The notes below the pieces were generated by a model. That model worked only from the letters and a program-made list of their open reading frames with translations, made no database searches and was not told where the DNA came from. A stretch of DNA of 64,000 bases from Hydrolagus colliei (Eukaryota): the NCBI GenBank assembly GCA_035084275.1, contig CM068748.1, forward strand, positions 9,486,001-9,550,000. The letters run 5' to 3'. Position 1 is the first letter of the stretch. Each line of letters starts with the position of its first letter. The position numbers and the translations under genes are program-made. Of this stretch, positions 26,208 to 38,482 are shown piece after piece.

Positions 26208-28345
26208 TCCATTTTGTCCCATTTCACTGACACCTTCTGATGCTTAAAGGATCCCTTATGGCTTGAACTATGATGCCCCTGGGTTTACACTTTTAATGAC
26301 TTGGTGCTGATACTGACCTGAAGTTAGTCCCCTTCACCAGAAACAACAAAACAGAGGCAACATATCTTGAGGCACCAGTGGGTGAATCACATATGACACC
26401 AGATGCCCACATAGACATAACCATCTAGCGTGACTGATTCTGGTGGGTGAATGGCAGGCATTTATAAGGTTATTTCTGCACATGTGTGGAACCCGTAACA
26501 TGATCAGTAACATAATGATAATGGGAGGAATCTTTACTTGACGAGCCCACTAACTGGTGTAAATATCTAGAACATAGACAGCTACAAAAGGCCAGGGGCA
26601 AAACTGTGTGAAATTCAAACAATTCTGTTTCTGGTCTCTGCTTCTGTTAATTTGGTAAAGGCGATTACATGATTGATCAGATCCTTATGCGATCCATGTG
26701 TGGATTTTTATGATCTGGTTCTCTGTACACACAGACCAAACCCAGGATTCTGGAAAATAAAGTGGGAACTTCACAAACACTCATTATGTCAGTATGCTTT
26801 AAACCTCTGGCTAGCAGTTTGAAATCCATGGGAAAATAGATTTTATAGCACAATAACTGATGCACGAGATCTATTAAAGAAATTTCACCACATAATTAAG
26901 TCCATATCAGATTCATTTCAGAATAAAACTTATTGTAGTGTAAATAGGCTTTAAGCCTGTAACCCTATATAGCCAAGGAACAACATTTGCACAGATGTTT
27001 TTTAGATCACTTCTGAATGCCCTGTTTAAACTCAAGTGATGATGTAAAGTACAATTTGTTTTATCTTTGATCTGTAGTGGCTCTAATGGTGTTACCAGAG
27101 AAGTCTGTGTCATTAAAGTTTGTTGAGAATTACCTCAGGGCACTTGCCCATTGTGTGAACATTCATGACAGAGTACTACTGCCGCAGATTATTCTGAAGC
27201 AGTTAACAATGTGAAAGAACTGGATACAATAACTCGTAAGATTAGAATATATACAATAAAATCCAATGTATATGGCACACTGTCAGAGAGTTTTCTCATC
27301 CTCAAAAATTTACCATCCAACTTTTATTGACTAAATCAGCAGCCAGTGGTTTATTTACATGAAAGCCCAGATTCAACTGTATGTGGAACTGTTTTGAGAG
27401 TTGTAAAGAACTTTATGAGTGGACATTTAGAAAATGTTGCCATAATGGAAGAGTTTCAAATGTGTGCAGAGCCTATTTTTCCCTGTGGGTAAACCTCTTT
27501 ATAAAAAAAATCATATGTGGGTGATGTGTCTGCTTAAAACGTCAGAGCTATCAGAGCAATCTGTTGCTCCTTTACCTTAGCAGGTAACCAAGAATAGGTC
27601 TGCCATATGAACGGGGGTATTTATATGCAGACAGTTATCAAAATGTACATAAATTTCTGTGAACACACTAATAAGCAGTAACCAAGCAGGTAGAAAATAT
27701 ACAGCCAGGAAAAGAGTTCTCAGATGGTTGGACATTAAGCCACACATGGCCATTAGAACAATCTCCAAAAGAAGAGCAAAGGAAAAGTGCAACATTTTTA
27801 AAAATGTGGACAATTATCACTGAATATTCAGCAGATACTTGACATAGTGACTTACTCCATGAAGTTTACCTGTGTTTAGTGCTTTCCCAATTCAGGAACT
27901 CAGCAGTTTCCGCTTCGTTAATTGTCACTGGCTCATACTGGTTTGATGAAAATAACATGCCAAAGTTTGTTTTACTCATTATCATTTATTTTTGACAACA
28001 CTTAACTACTATATCAAAGTAGCAAAGATTTCTTACAATGTAAATATTATTACGAAAAAAACATGAAGTGGAATTATTTCAACATGGGCTATCATGTTAA
28101 TCTAATAGTGAACATTTAAAGTACTGTATTATCTTTAAAACAGTATTTCTTTCACAGTCAGCAATGCTCAAAATACTTTACCAGTTTCCGTGTTGTTATT
28201 TGTGATGCATCTTTCTAATGTTATTTTCTCATTGTAGTATTGTTAATGAAGGTTTACCATTGCTGCCTGTTTCTGAAGTCTGACAATGAAGAGCTTTTTT
28301 CCCTGAAATTCTTATCTTTACACTTATTATTGTCCCTTCTAACAG

Positions 28346-28398
28346 TTAACCTTTGGACTATGTTTCAAGCTGCTCAAAAACTTGGAGGATATGAAGCG
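28346..28398 (+). CDS. ARID5B: ARID5B coding exon (exon 7 equivalent), ARID domain
   Basis: Acceptor cccttctaacAG, donor GCG|gtaagc. Translates (I)NLWTMFQAAQKLGGYEA. 53 nt, phase 1 to 0. Too short for the ORF track; read manually. Confidence 0.96.
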
Positions 28399-30794
28399 GT
28401 AAGCTTTGCACAATAATTATTCTCTTTAACTTTGTTCTGTTCAGTCTATCATTCTGCATTGTTATAAATAAACACAGCCTATCATAAACTCTTATGATGA
28501 CTGTAGCCAGGATATGTTTATAGAACCATTTTGCACAGAGGCTATAGATTAGATCCAGATTCAGTGCAGTAAAGAGTTATTGTACAAAGCTACCAGTGGA
28601 AAACATATGTAAAGCTTCTCTGTCACAGAAATAAGTGAGATCTGTAATTTTTTCCCATGTTACCTCTCAAAGGGGGCAATTATGAAAGCAAGCCAAGGCT
28701 GCAAAAAAGAATTTTGACTTGGCTGCTTATTTGGCATGTGTTCGTTTATAATATGGGAAAGTATTAATGTCTGCAAAGTGAGTCAGTCATGGTCATTAAA
28801 GAATCGTAAAGGGTATTGTTTCCATTTGCTGGTGGTGTAAATGACTTGTCTGACAAACTGATATACAATATATTAATAGAAAATCATCACAGTAACCAGG
28901 AAACAAATCTAAATCTACATCTTTCAGTCAGAATGATTACATGTTAGTGGAATGGTTTGGAAATGATTAGTTAGTGTAAGATCTCCAAGACTTATGCTCT
29001 GCACATTTCAATGTTAATACATTTTAGGCAAATGACTAGCGTATTCACATATTGCAGAATATGGATCAAGAAATGGTGCTAAAAAACATTATATTGATCT
29101 ACCTGTGTATAATTCATCCAGATACTATATAACGTATCAATCTCAGTGAATGATTTTTGTTTTGCTACCATATCAACACATGATTTTTAATCTGCTGAAC
29201 CAGAATTATTAACCTTCAATAACTAAAGGAATTTATTTTGGAATCTACTCAGCAAATGTTTTCCAATATGTTATTTCTAGAATTATATTTTCATAGTGGG
29301 TATAACAGCAGCAGACACTTAATGAGGCTCTGTTATAGCACTGTCAAAGGCGAGTGAGAATTTTCCACCTTGCATTATTATTAATTGGCAGTGTGGTAAT
29401 GATATACTATTGTCGAAATGTTAATCTGATAGTGAATGGAAAATCACTCTCCAGGCAGGTTGAGGCTTGGAAATGATTTTGTGCTGTGTCAACCATATTG
29501 TCTTTTAAATAAAGATAAAAATTTACATCTGTCTTCTTGGTGCCTGACTCAACAGGTGTGAAATGGTGAATCGTATTAAGTCTCACTAATTTTAAATTGC
29601 CTCCATTATAATAAAAAAAATTGTTTAAAAATCTTCTTTCTATATGTGATCTATAAATATGTTTTGCACAATTCTGAAGCAAGTGAAATCTTTCAAAGGT
29701 TCAATTGCTCCTGAAACTAGATTAATTATTTTGTTTATTTTAATAAAGACAATCTCGGTGGTTTATGCATAGGTTTTCCACTACAGCGTTTAGTAATGAA
29801 ATTCCATTGAAGGTTGCACTATGCAAAACATATTTTCAATACTTTTATACAGAATCCTTATGCAAATCAGGCTCTGGTTAAACTGGGTTTTCCCCTTTGA
29901 GACTTCTCTGAACATGTAACATTTTGACTCATATGTAATCGTATCCTGTCAAAATAATGCACGTCAAATAACGATATTGTTTGATGTAACTTGGAAAAGT
30001 GAACTGGCGAGAGTTGAATTTAACTTGGAAACTAACTTATTATCGAATCTGAACACAAAACAGAACAGTCAGCCCATATATAATGATGTTACAGTTTTTG
30101 AATTTTCCTTACATTTCATGACCTTGGACTTAATTTAGAAAGTTAAAACAACTTTTCAGTGATCTTGATTTGAAAATAATGTACAGTCCTGGAACTATCC
30201 TCTCCAATTAACATGACTCATGTCCTGTCTAAGATTATGAAGAATTCCAGTCAAAATAAAAAAATTATAGGAACCTATTCCATTCATAGGAATACAATAT
30301 CAAATCATTATTTTACATTAGTCATATGATGAAATGCTTGTGAAATTGCAATGCACACTCTGACTTTACTTTCAGAAAAAAGGAAGTTAATTTTGTTGCA
30401 CCTCATCATGTTGAAATATCTCAAAGAACTTTACAGTAATTCACTACAAACCGCTTATAAATTTCCCACACAATGAGTAGCTTAAGTAGGCCATGCCAAT
30501 ATTTGGAGGAGTGAGCAGAGGACGAATGATTTTCGAAGGAGAGAGAAAATTGTTTGACGAGACATTCTGGGTTGCTCTCACACATCTCCTAGTGGCCAAT
30601 TACAGTACAACATTAACATGGGCCGGCCAACTTGCTTGTGCCAATTGGAGAATTTAGGATCAGTAGAAAGTAGATATAAGAAAATAGGGGATTTCAAAAA
30701 GAAAGAAAATGTGGATTTTTTTAATCGTCCATCCCTTTCATAATTTTGCTGCATCGTCAGACGTACTAAGTTCTTCAGACTATTTAATGATAAT

Positions 30795-30966
30795 ATTTTG
30801 GTCACTCTAACCCCGACTGTTTGTGGGCCACTGATATGCGCAAATGGCTGCCACGTTTCACTCCCCAAAACTACAATCAATTTCACTTTGCGGTTTATTC
30901 TGTGCAGCCTTTGAGAAGTCTTAGCGACTAGATAAGGCATTATATCAAATGAAAGGATTATTATTA
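30795..30966 (+). mobile_element. Degenerate SINE body and 3' end
   Basis: The stretch ccgactgtttgtggg..gcaaatggctgcc..tatatcaaatgaaaggattattatt matches the 55088 SINE. Confidence 0.7.
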
Positions 30967-31588
30967 TTTATTTTGCCATGACCTCTGTTAATTGTACACG
31001 GTATTGGTTTATAGGAAATGGACTTTGATGGGGCAGATTTCTCTGCTTCCTCAAACAAACAATTTCACCAGAACAGATAGTGAGATTCAAACAACATTTG
31101 AGGACAGAATTTTGACTTTTGGTCTAGAATTTTAATCTGTGGTTGTTTAAGTTGAGTGACCTACTACTAGAGTTACTGCCCTCTATTAAATAGGGTCTCA
31201 CATGCAAGTATATCAGTGTGGTCAGTAGTTTAAATTTTGTAATTAACAAGCAATATAAAAGATTAATTTAAAAAAACCTCACATTTAATGTGGAAGCTTA
31301 TCATATCGTTGAAACGTGCTTCACGGGATTTACTGTAGAGTATAGTGACTACATTTTGTAAGTGATTGGTTCCAATTGATTACAGATGATTCTTTAATCC
31401 TTTCCATTGGCTGTTAATTAAGTGCATTTGCAATTCCTGCTGTACACATGCACTTTCATATCATGAATTCACCTTGAAAACTGGACTCAATGGCTTTCTG
31501 CTAACCTGAAGTGACTTCCTTTATGTCAGAAATAGAAGATCATCCCAGAGTTGTCAATTAATGCCAATTTACTGTGTAATATTGACAG

Positions 31589-31686
31589 ATAACTGCACGC
31601 CGACAATGGAAACATATTTATGATGAATTAGGCGGTAATCCTGGAAGCACAAGTGCTGCTACTTGCACTCGCAGGCATTATGAGAG
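31589..31686 (+). CDS. ARID5B: ARID5B coding exon (exon 8 equivalent), ARID domain DNA-contacting region
   Basis: Acceptor attgacAG, donor AG|gtaaga. Translates ITARRQWKHIYDELGGNPGSTSAATCTRRHYE(R). 98 nt, phase 0 to 2. Confidence 0.97.
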
Positions 31687-31858
31687 GTAAGATACCAATA
31701 TTTCAGATGAAAATGTAGATCTTTCCATACCAATCTTTTAGTTCGGGCCTTTGCTCACTGGCATCTATGGAAACCATAGACTTTAAAAACACTGGTAGTC
31801 AAATTCGAAAGACAAATTTCCCTTCAAATGAATTCAGGTGGGTTCTGGGATGTTAATA

Positions 31859-32251
31859 CAGTAAAACCTTTGTTATCCGGCACCCTCGGGACCTGACCGG
31901 TGCTGATTAATCAAACATGCCGGATATTCGAATGGCAAGTTGCCGAAAATCCAACAACAAAAAAATTAACTTATTTTAAAACATACCATATTAATAATAG
32001 ATTAAATAATAACAGAATATTGCATGGATACTTCCCAATAAAGCATTCCAGCACACGGTAAAATGATCGGTAAAAAAGCATGCCAGCGCTCGGTAAGTTT
32101 AATAAGTGCGCATGCGCAAAGTGAGCATACCGCGAGTGTCCTGGATGGCTACAGTATGAGATCCGGTTGCTGGAATGGTGAATTGTATTGGGAAATACCG
32201 GTTGGTTGAGTATGCCGGTTGGTTGGGTACCGGATAAACAAGGTTTTACTG
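31859..32251. mobile_element. Tigger/pogo-like MITE, 393 bp, 172 bp downstream of ARID5B exon 8
   Basis: TA|CAGTAAAACCTTTGTTATCCGGCACC...GGTACCGGATAAACAAGGTTTTACTG|CA gives TIRs; the right TA appears mutated to CA. CpG-rich subterminal CCGG repeats are present. Confidence 0.85.
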
Positions 32252-35062
32252 CAGATTGTTTCCTTTAAAGACTTCATGTAACATCAATCATTTTGTGTAC
32301 TGTACTTCTGTGATGTTTGACATGAAACTAAATTAACATTAACTACGTATTTGTTGGAATCAAGAAATAAACATTATTTTGTTTCTCAGTAATAATCTGC
32401 AGTCATTTCAAAACTGTAGACAAACTGTGGAAAGTGATAAATTAATCAGTTTTAGAAATTTTCCCAGAAAAGCAACAATTAAGTACACATAAGCTATCCA
32501 TTCATTGTATGACTTTATAAAATGATTAAGTGTAGCAGTGAGTATCCCTTACGTTGTCACCATGAATTGTGGTTAACATTATAACATATAAAAGGCAGTT
32601 TATTTTATTTCTACACAGGTTATTTTGATTCATTTGACTTAGTGCAGAATGCATTAAAAAAAATGTTTCTTATGACTTGATCTCAGCTGTTCACTGAATG
32701 TTTTTATCTTAAGCAAAGCAGGAACAATTTAATGCTGATGATTTCATTAATGTCCCTGCAGGCTTAACTGGTCCAAACCTGCCTCTAGTTTGTTTTAATT
32801 CAAATCGGCTCAGGTACTTTAGGAAAAAAATGTCTTAGTCAGCCTTAATTTGTTCTGAAACTATCCATCACTGTCAGAATTTAATACAAATTGCCAGCCA
32901 CTTGGCTAAAGTTCTCCACTGCACCAAATTTAATTAGTTGGATTACAGATGATTAACTGTAGAATCAGCATTAATGCTATTCCCACCATGAGGTTGCTGC
33001 TAAGAGTGTATTTAAATTCATTTTATTCAGCCATATAATTAGCTTGTAAACATGGATCAGTTTGTGAATTAATTTGCAATACACACATGTCTGTAAACAA
33101 TTCACGGAATCCATACCAGAAAGTGGGTTGTGAAATACAGTATAATAGAAAATAATCTCCTTCATTTAGAGAATTAAGAGAACCCCGAGGGCTTGAAGGT
33201 CTATTGCTGCAACCGGCATCTTAAAATTACAAAGACAGAATAACTCATGGCTAGCAGCAGGAAGATTAATGTTATAGCATTGCTCCTGTGCTCGTCCGTC
33301 TGCTTGTCTTTATCCATCCAGTTGTCCACCGCTTTGTGATTTACAACATGCCATCTCTGTAATTTAAAAGCACTTATGATCAGCCTTTAATAAATGATTT
33401 CCATTCCTATTGTGTAACAATTGTTGTTTTGCTGGATGCAGGATCTCAAACACAAATAAGCGACAGCCAAGAATTGCATAATTAAGTATTACCCTCTGTA
33501 TTACATGCAGTTTTGCGTCATGAACACAACTCGCAAATGTGCCTTCTCTCTGTGTTTTGTCTCCCACTCCAATAGCTATTATTTTTAAAATTGAAGTAAT
33601 AGTGCTATCTATTGAGAGTTAAAAGAAGTTTTGCTTTTGGCTACAAGGCAGACTTGTTTGTGAGAACTCAACAGTATAATTTGTCTCTCAAGCAGTTGGC
33701 ACTGTCTTGAAAGCATAGCATATCAAACAGATCAAAGTAAATGCACCTTTGGTAACAGAAATACAGATAGAAGGAAGATCCACCCTCTTCCTCAGATCAT
33801 GCAGATGCTCTGAACTCTACCAAAGAGGAGCTAGCAATCCTTGTGGTTTTAGAGGTCTAGGTGTTCTTTACTTTGACTGCATCTCCTGATGGATTTGTCC
33901 GTCTCTCTGTAAAGCTCAGGCTTTTATATGTTATATTATAACTATATTATACAAGCACCAATACAGTTCCACTTGGAAATTTTCCCATTAGAGAGACTTC
34001 CTTTTCACATGGGACCTGATCAGTCTATCCGAGCAGTAATCCATGAGATTAGGCAGCGATTTCCCTTGGCTCTGATGTCAAAAGGTCTTCAAATATTTAT
34101 TTGAGCAAGCGATAATAAACTGAAAGTAGCTCTTTAGATTCATAGGTTCATGAAACCTGCCAATAAGCAGCTGGAATCCTCATGACGAGAGGACATTGCT
34201 TTTGAGATTGTGAATGGTCAGACAGGCAAATGCTTAGCCGTTCCTCGCACGTCCTTCTCATAAAATATTATTTGCAACACCGACTTCTTTTTAACATCAG
34301 AACACCACTGACAGAACAGCAACTATGGTGTCTAAGTAAAGGCCCTTCGAATCCCCAAGCATCAGTTTCTCTGTTGCTTCTTATTTCAACTGCCCTACCA
34401 GATTGCTCTGCAGGTTTGCTGACAGCCTCCAGTCAGACTGACATGAAGAGGATGACCTTGAAATCTGAGAAAGCATTCTTCACGAAAAAAAACTTTTTAC
34501 ATAGGAATGTACAGGACCATCTGGTCAATATCAAAGTTTTTTAAAAAAAACATACTTCCTGTTAATTGATTTCTTCAAAATGATTTGGCGCTCCCTTGAA
34601 TTTGTTGACACAATCTGCTTCTACCACCTCCCCGTAATCCATTTCACATACCCACTGCTTGGGGTAGGTAGTGTGATACAAATTTGATAATTTTCCCTAT
34701 ATGTCAAGTGATCTTTTTAATAAAGGGAAGAGTTCAATTTATCTACATGGCTTCTGATTTTCGGTTTTAACTTCAATAAAACCAATAAAACACCTCCAAT
34801 AAAAAAATATGAAATTGCCGTTTATCAAATAAAAAATGGAAAAACACCAGAAATAGTAACTCAATTGCAAACTGTAGTTTTCTCTCTCTCGTTCACTCTT
34901 GGTGGCGATTTGGTCTATGAATGCATCGCTCCCCGCCTCTCTCTCGCTCTCTTCTCTTCCATGTTTACAGGTGCCTCTGGTAAAGTGTTTGAGAGGAAGG
35001 AAACACTGCACATGAATTAGGGCACCTCTCTTCCTTCCATGTGCATGTGTTCTCTCCTATGT

Positions 35063-35350
35063 GGAGTCCTGTAGCTCAGTGGTCAGAGCACTTGCCTTAA
35101 AAGTGAGATTCAATTCCAAGCAGGGTGAAACCTTGGGCAAGTTTCCTTACTCCACTTGCCTAGTAATAATCCTTCAAAAAACAACAATAATAAATGGGTC
35201 ATTTCAATCCACGACTGTGTGTGACACATGGATGCAATTGGCTGTTAAGTTACACCCACATATATACAGCCAATTCACTTTACAATATATTCTGTGCTTT
35301 GAAACGTCTAGATGTGAAAAGCAGCATATTAAATACAAGGATTATTATTA
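35063..35350 (+). mobile_element. Near full-length tRNA-derived SINE
   Basis: A-box TAGCTCAGTGG (35072-35082), degenerate B-box gattcaattcc, body collinear with the 55088 copy, tail caaggattattatta. Confidence 0.85.
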
Positions 35351-37311
35351 GTCTCATCACAATAACAAAAACCCAATTTATAAATACTCTAAAATTCCTA
35401 AAAATAAACCCTAAAAAAATTAAATTAATAAACCCTGGAAACTGGAAGCCCTATCTGCACTCTTCATAATCTTAAATTTTCAATAAATTATCCCTAGACA
35501 TCCGCCTGCAAAATACATGGTCATTACACTTTTCAGTGTTTCCTATGAAGCACTTTAAGATTTTCTCCCAACGTGAAAAGCACGTAAGGATTATTATTAG
35601 CATCATTATCCTTTCAAAATCCAGGGTTGTGTATATATTTGTCTGTGGCAAGAATAATTAACATGGTGGAAAAACAACAGAAATATTTAGGTCATAGAGG
35701 AAATTATTTACAAAGGCCATTCAGATTTTCTCCACTACCCAAATTTCACTCTAGCGCTCTTACTAAAATTTAAATGGAGAGGAAATTATCTTGCTTTCAA
35801 AATGTGTTCGTGTTATGACTATATATGAATGGTATTTCAAAATAAACTTTATACTTTCTGGTTTAAACTGTAAAACTGTGTCATCCCAAAGAGTTTCCAT
35901 GAAACAATCTTAACACATTTGCCAAACCTGACATAATAAACAGTCTATGTCAGAGAATTAACAACAAATGACTAAAATATTTTAAACATTGCTCAACCCA
36001 ATGTAAGCTGGAGAAAATGATGGATGATCCCAATGTGCCAATTTGTTTTAATAAAGGTAGAATATCAACATTTTCATCAACATCTCATGTTAATAGGTTA
36101 AATGAAAGCAAGGAAGACCTGTCCTAGATTTTTTTCAAAAGAAAATATAATAGTGTCCTTAGGGCATAGTTACTGAGATTTAGTAACCATGGCAGATCTT
36201 TTGTGAAACTTTTGAGATAGGATGCCACAGGTCATCACTTTATTTTTACCTCTGGGACATGGCCTCGAGACTAGCTCTACAGAATGAAATGAATGTCTCT
36301 CATGCCACTATCTTTCTAAATAATAGAAATAAAGTTGGTTCTGTTTCCTGAATAAGATTGGTTTAGGCCTGAAGAGTAAGAGAATACATTTTTAGAGTAT
36401 ACCTTGCCTGCAAATTTGAATTATATATTCAAAACATTTACCTATTACTGTATCTGTTTGTTTGTCTCACATAATATGAAGATAAGCAGAGTATTCCAAC
36501 GCTTTGTATTATCTTGAACTTTTTGAACTGCAATGAAAATCCAGCAAGAAATTCTTCTGAATTGCTGATTCCAACAATTCCTTTTTCTCAGTATTTGAAA
36601 CTCTTAATGATGAACACATCTTCCCTCACATAAATAATTATTATGAATAATTTAAAACAGACCACAGATGTCCAGCACTGTTTACATAGCAATAATCTTA
36701 TCCCAGTACAGAGTCAACATAATAGGTCTAAATACAGTAATGTACCTCTGATGTTGCCAATAATCAAAGTAATGATGTCCGCAATTTACAATGTATTTGA
36801 CGTTGGGAGGACGTACCAAATGTCAGACAAAATCTCTGTGGTTTTCAAAGATTTATTGGGGCTAAAGTTATTTTATTGTGAGCCAGACTAAGCCTGTTTT
36901 TTCCTGATATCATCCCAATTCATATCATGTATTTTCCTTTTCAAACATATACATTTTAAAAATTGAGTTTTTCAAACATGTCAATGCTTTTTTAGAATTT
37001 AGAAGATTTACCAGACTTTCTTAATGTTTGCTGTCTGATGTGATATGTTCAATCTTAAGAAATTCTGTTCACACAAGAAAATGTTTCCACGGTTATCAGA
37101 AGAAAGCTGCTTTGGAACATACAATGGTTTTGCTGAATTCAAAACAAAAAGTGGTGTTTTTCTATAGCAATTGGAAAATGTGTTTTGGCCTTGGAACAAT
37201 TCTTTTTGGAAAAAAACTATATGAACCATAATCAGAATAGTTAAGTCATAATACAATTAGAAACAGTATTTTTTGTACTATAATTTGGTTTGTTGCACAA
37301 ACTTGGATTGG

Positions 37312-37897
37312 CAACAACGACAACTTGCATTTGTACAGTGCCCTCCATGTGGGTTAGCATCTTGGAGCACTTAACAGTGGTAAGCTTGAGGTCAAGCCCA
37401 GGGTGGGGGACAATCAAAGAGAAAGGTCTTCAGGCATCATTTGAAAATGGGGAAGCGGGGGTCAAGGCAGAGGGATTGAGCAGAGAGAACGAGGCACAAG
37501 CAGGAGGCCAGAGATAGCCAAGTGGAGGTTGCAGGTTATGAAGTGAATGTAAGCAGGTCAGAGAAACAAGGCATGAATGGATTTGTAGACAAGTGTGAGA
37601 ATCTTGAATTCTATCCATTCTGCTAAAAAGAAGCCAGTGGAGCCTGGCAAGGACTGATGTGATGGGGATACAGTGTTTAGAGCGAGTGAGTATACAGGTG
37701 GTGGAGTTCTGCAATAGTTGGATTTTGCAGATAGTGGAGCTGGGGAGATCGGCGAGGAGGCCATTGGAATGGTCAAGTGATGGGCAGGAAGTGACAAAAG
37801 AGTGGTCAAGGGTTTTGGCTACTTTTGAAGGTAAGGTATGATCGGAGGCAGGCAATGGAAGGAAAGCAGTCCTAGTTAGGGACAGGATGTGGGGTGG
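37312..37897 (-). mobile_element. Degenerate L2 LINE 3' fragment
   Basis: Minus-strand frames give LDHSNGLLADLPSSTICKIQLLQNSTTCILTRSK..PITSVLARLHWL and, after a frameshift, IEFKILTLVYKS. A (TTG)-like tail lies at 37312. Confidence 0.85.
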
Positions 37898-38114
37898 GTA
37901 ACCAAAACAGTGGCATATTTGATCTGTGCAATATTTGAAAAATGCTTACGACTCATTTTATAAACCTTAACAAGACTAAATTTATATATTTAAAAAAAAA
38001 TTATGAGTGCTGCATCTTTTCTCTGTATCTCTCTCTGTCTGTATCCATCGAGCATCTATAACACGATATTTCTAGATTCAGTTTTCTGAATTTTTCCTAA
38101 AGCAACTCTCAGGA

Positions 38115-38482
38115 GTGAAACTGAACCGTACAAACCTGAGAGGTCCCGGGTTTGATCCCTTGTCTGTACTGAATTAGCTGATCTCAGACAGGGCAGCACT
38201 AAGTGTGCTACAATTGGCCTCATGCCCTAGGCTAAGGAAGAAAAAGGTCAGCCAAAGTTCCAGCGACTCTTGCCAGAAAGTGCAGGTACATGGATTCTGG
38301 CTGAGGAGAGCATCGAGCTTGGTAATCATGCCTCCTCCATCCACCCCATAATGGCAAAGCCTACTGATGGCTCCTGTCAAGGATCACAGATAAAAGTATT
38401 GGACAAGGGTTGGGTGGATCTGCACATCAGCTCATGCTTTAAGGGAAGAAGAGCAGAAAATTATAGGCAGGGAAAGAAATAA
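38115..38482 (+). mobile_element. Old tRNA-derived SINE-like repeat of a different family
   Basis: B-box-like gaggtcccgggtttgatccc followed by a GC-richer body and an A-rich end. Family not assignable without a library. Confidence 0.5.

Noticed and set aside
35063-35130. tRNA gene (also 55100-55150)
   Set aside because: A/B boxes are present but there is no complete cloverleaf, and the sequence continues into a SINE body and tail.
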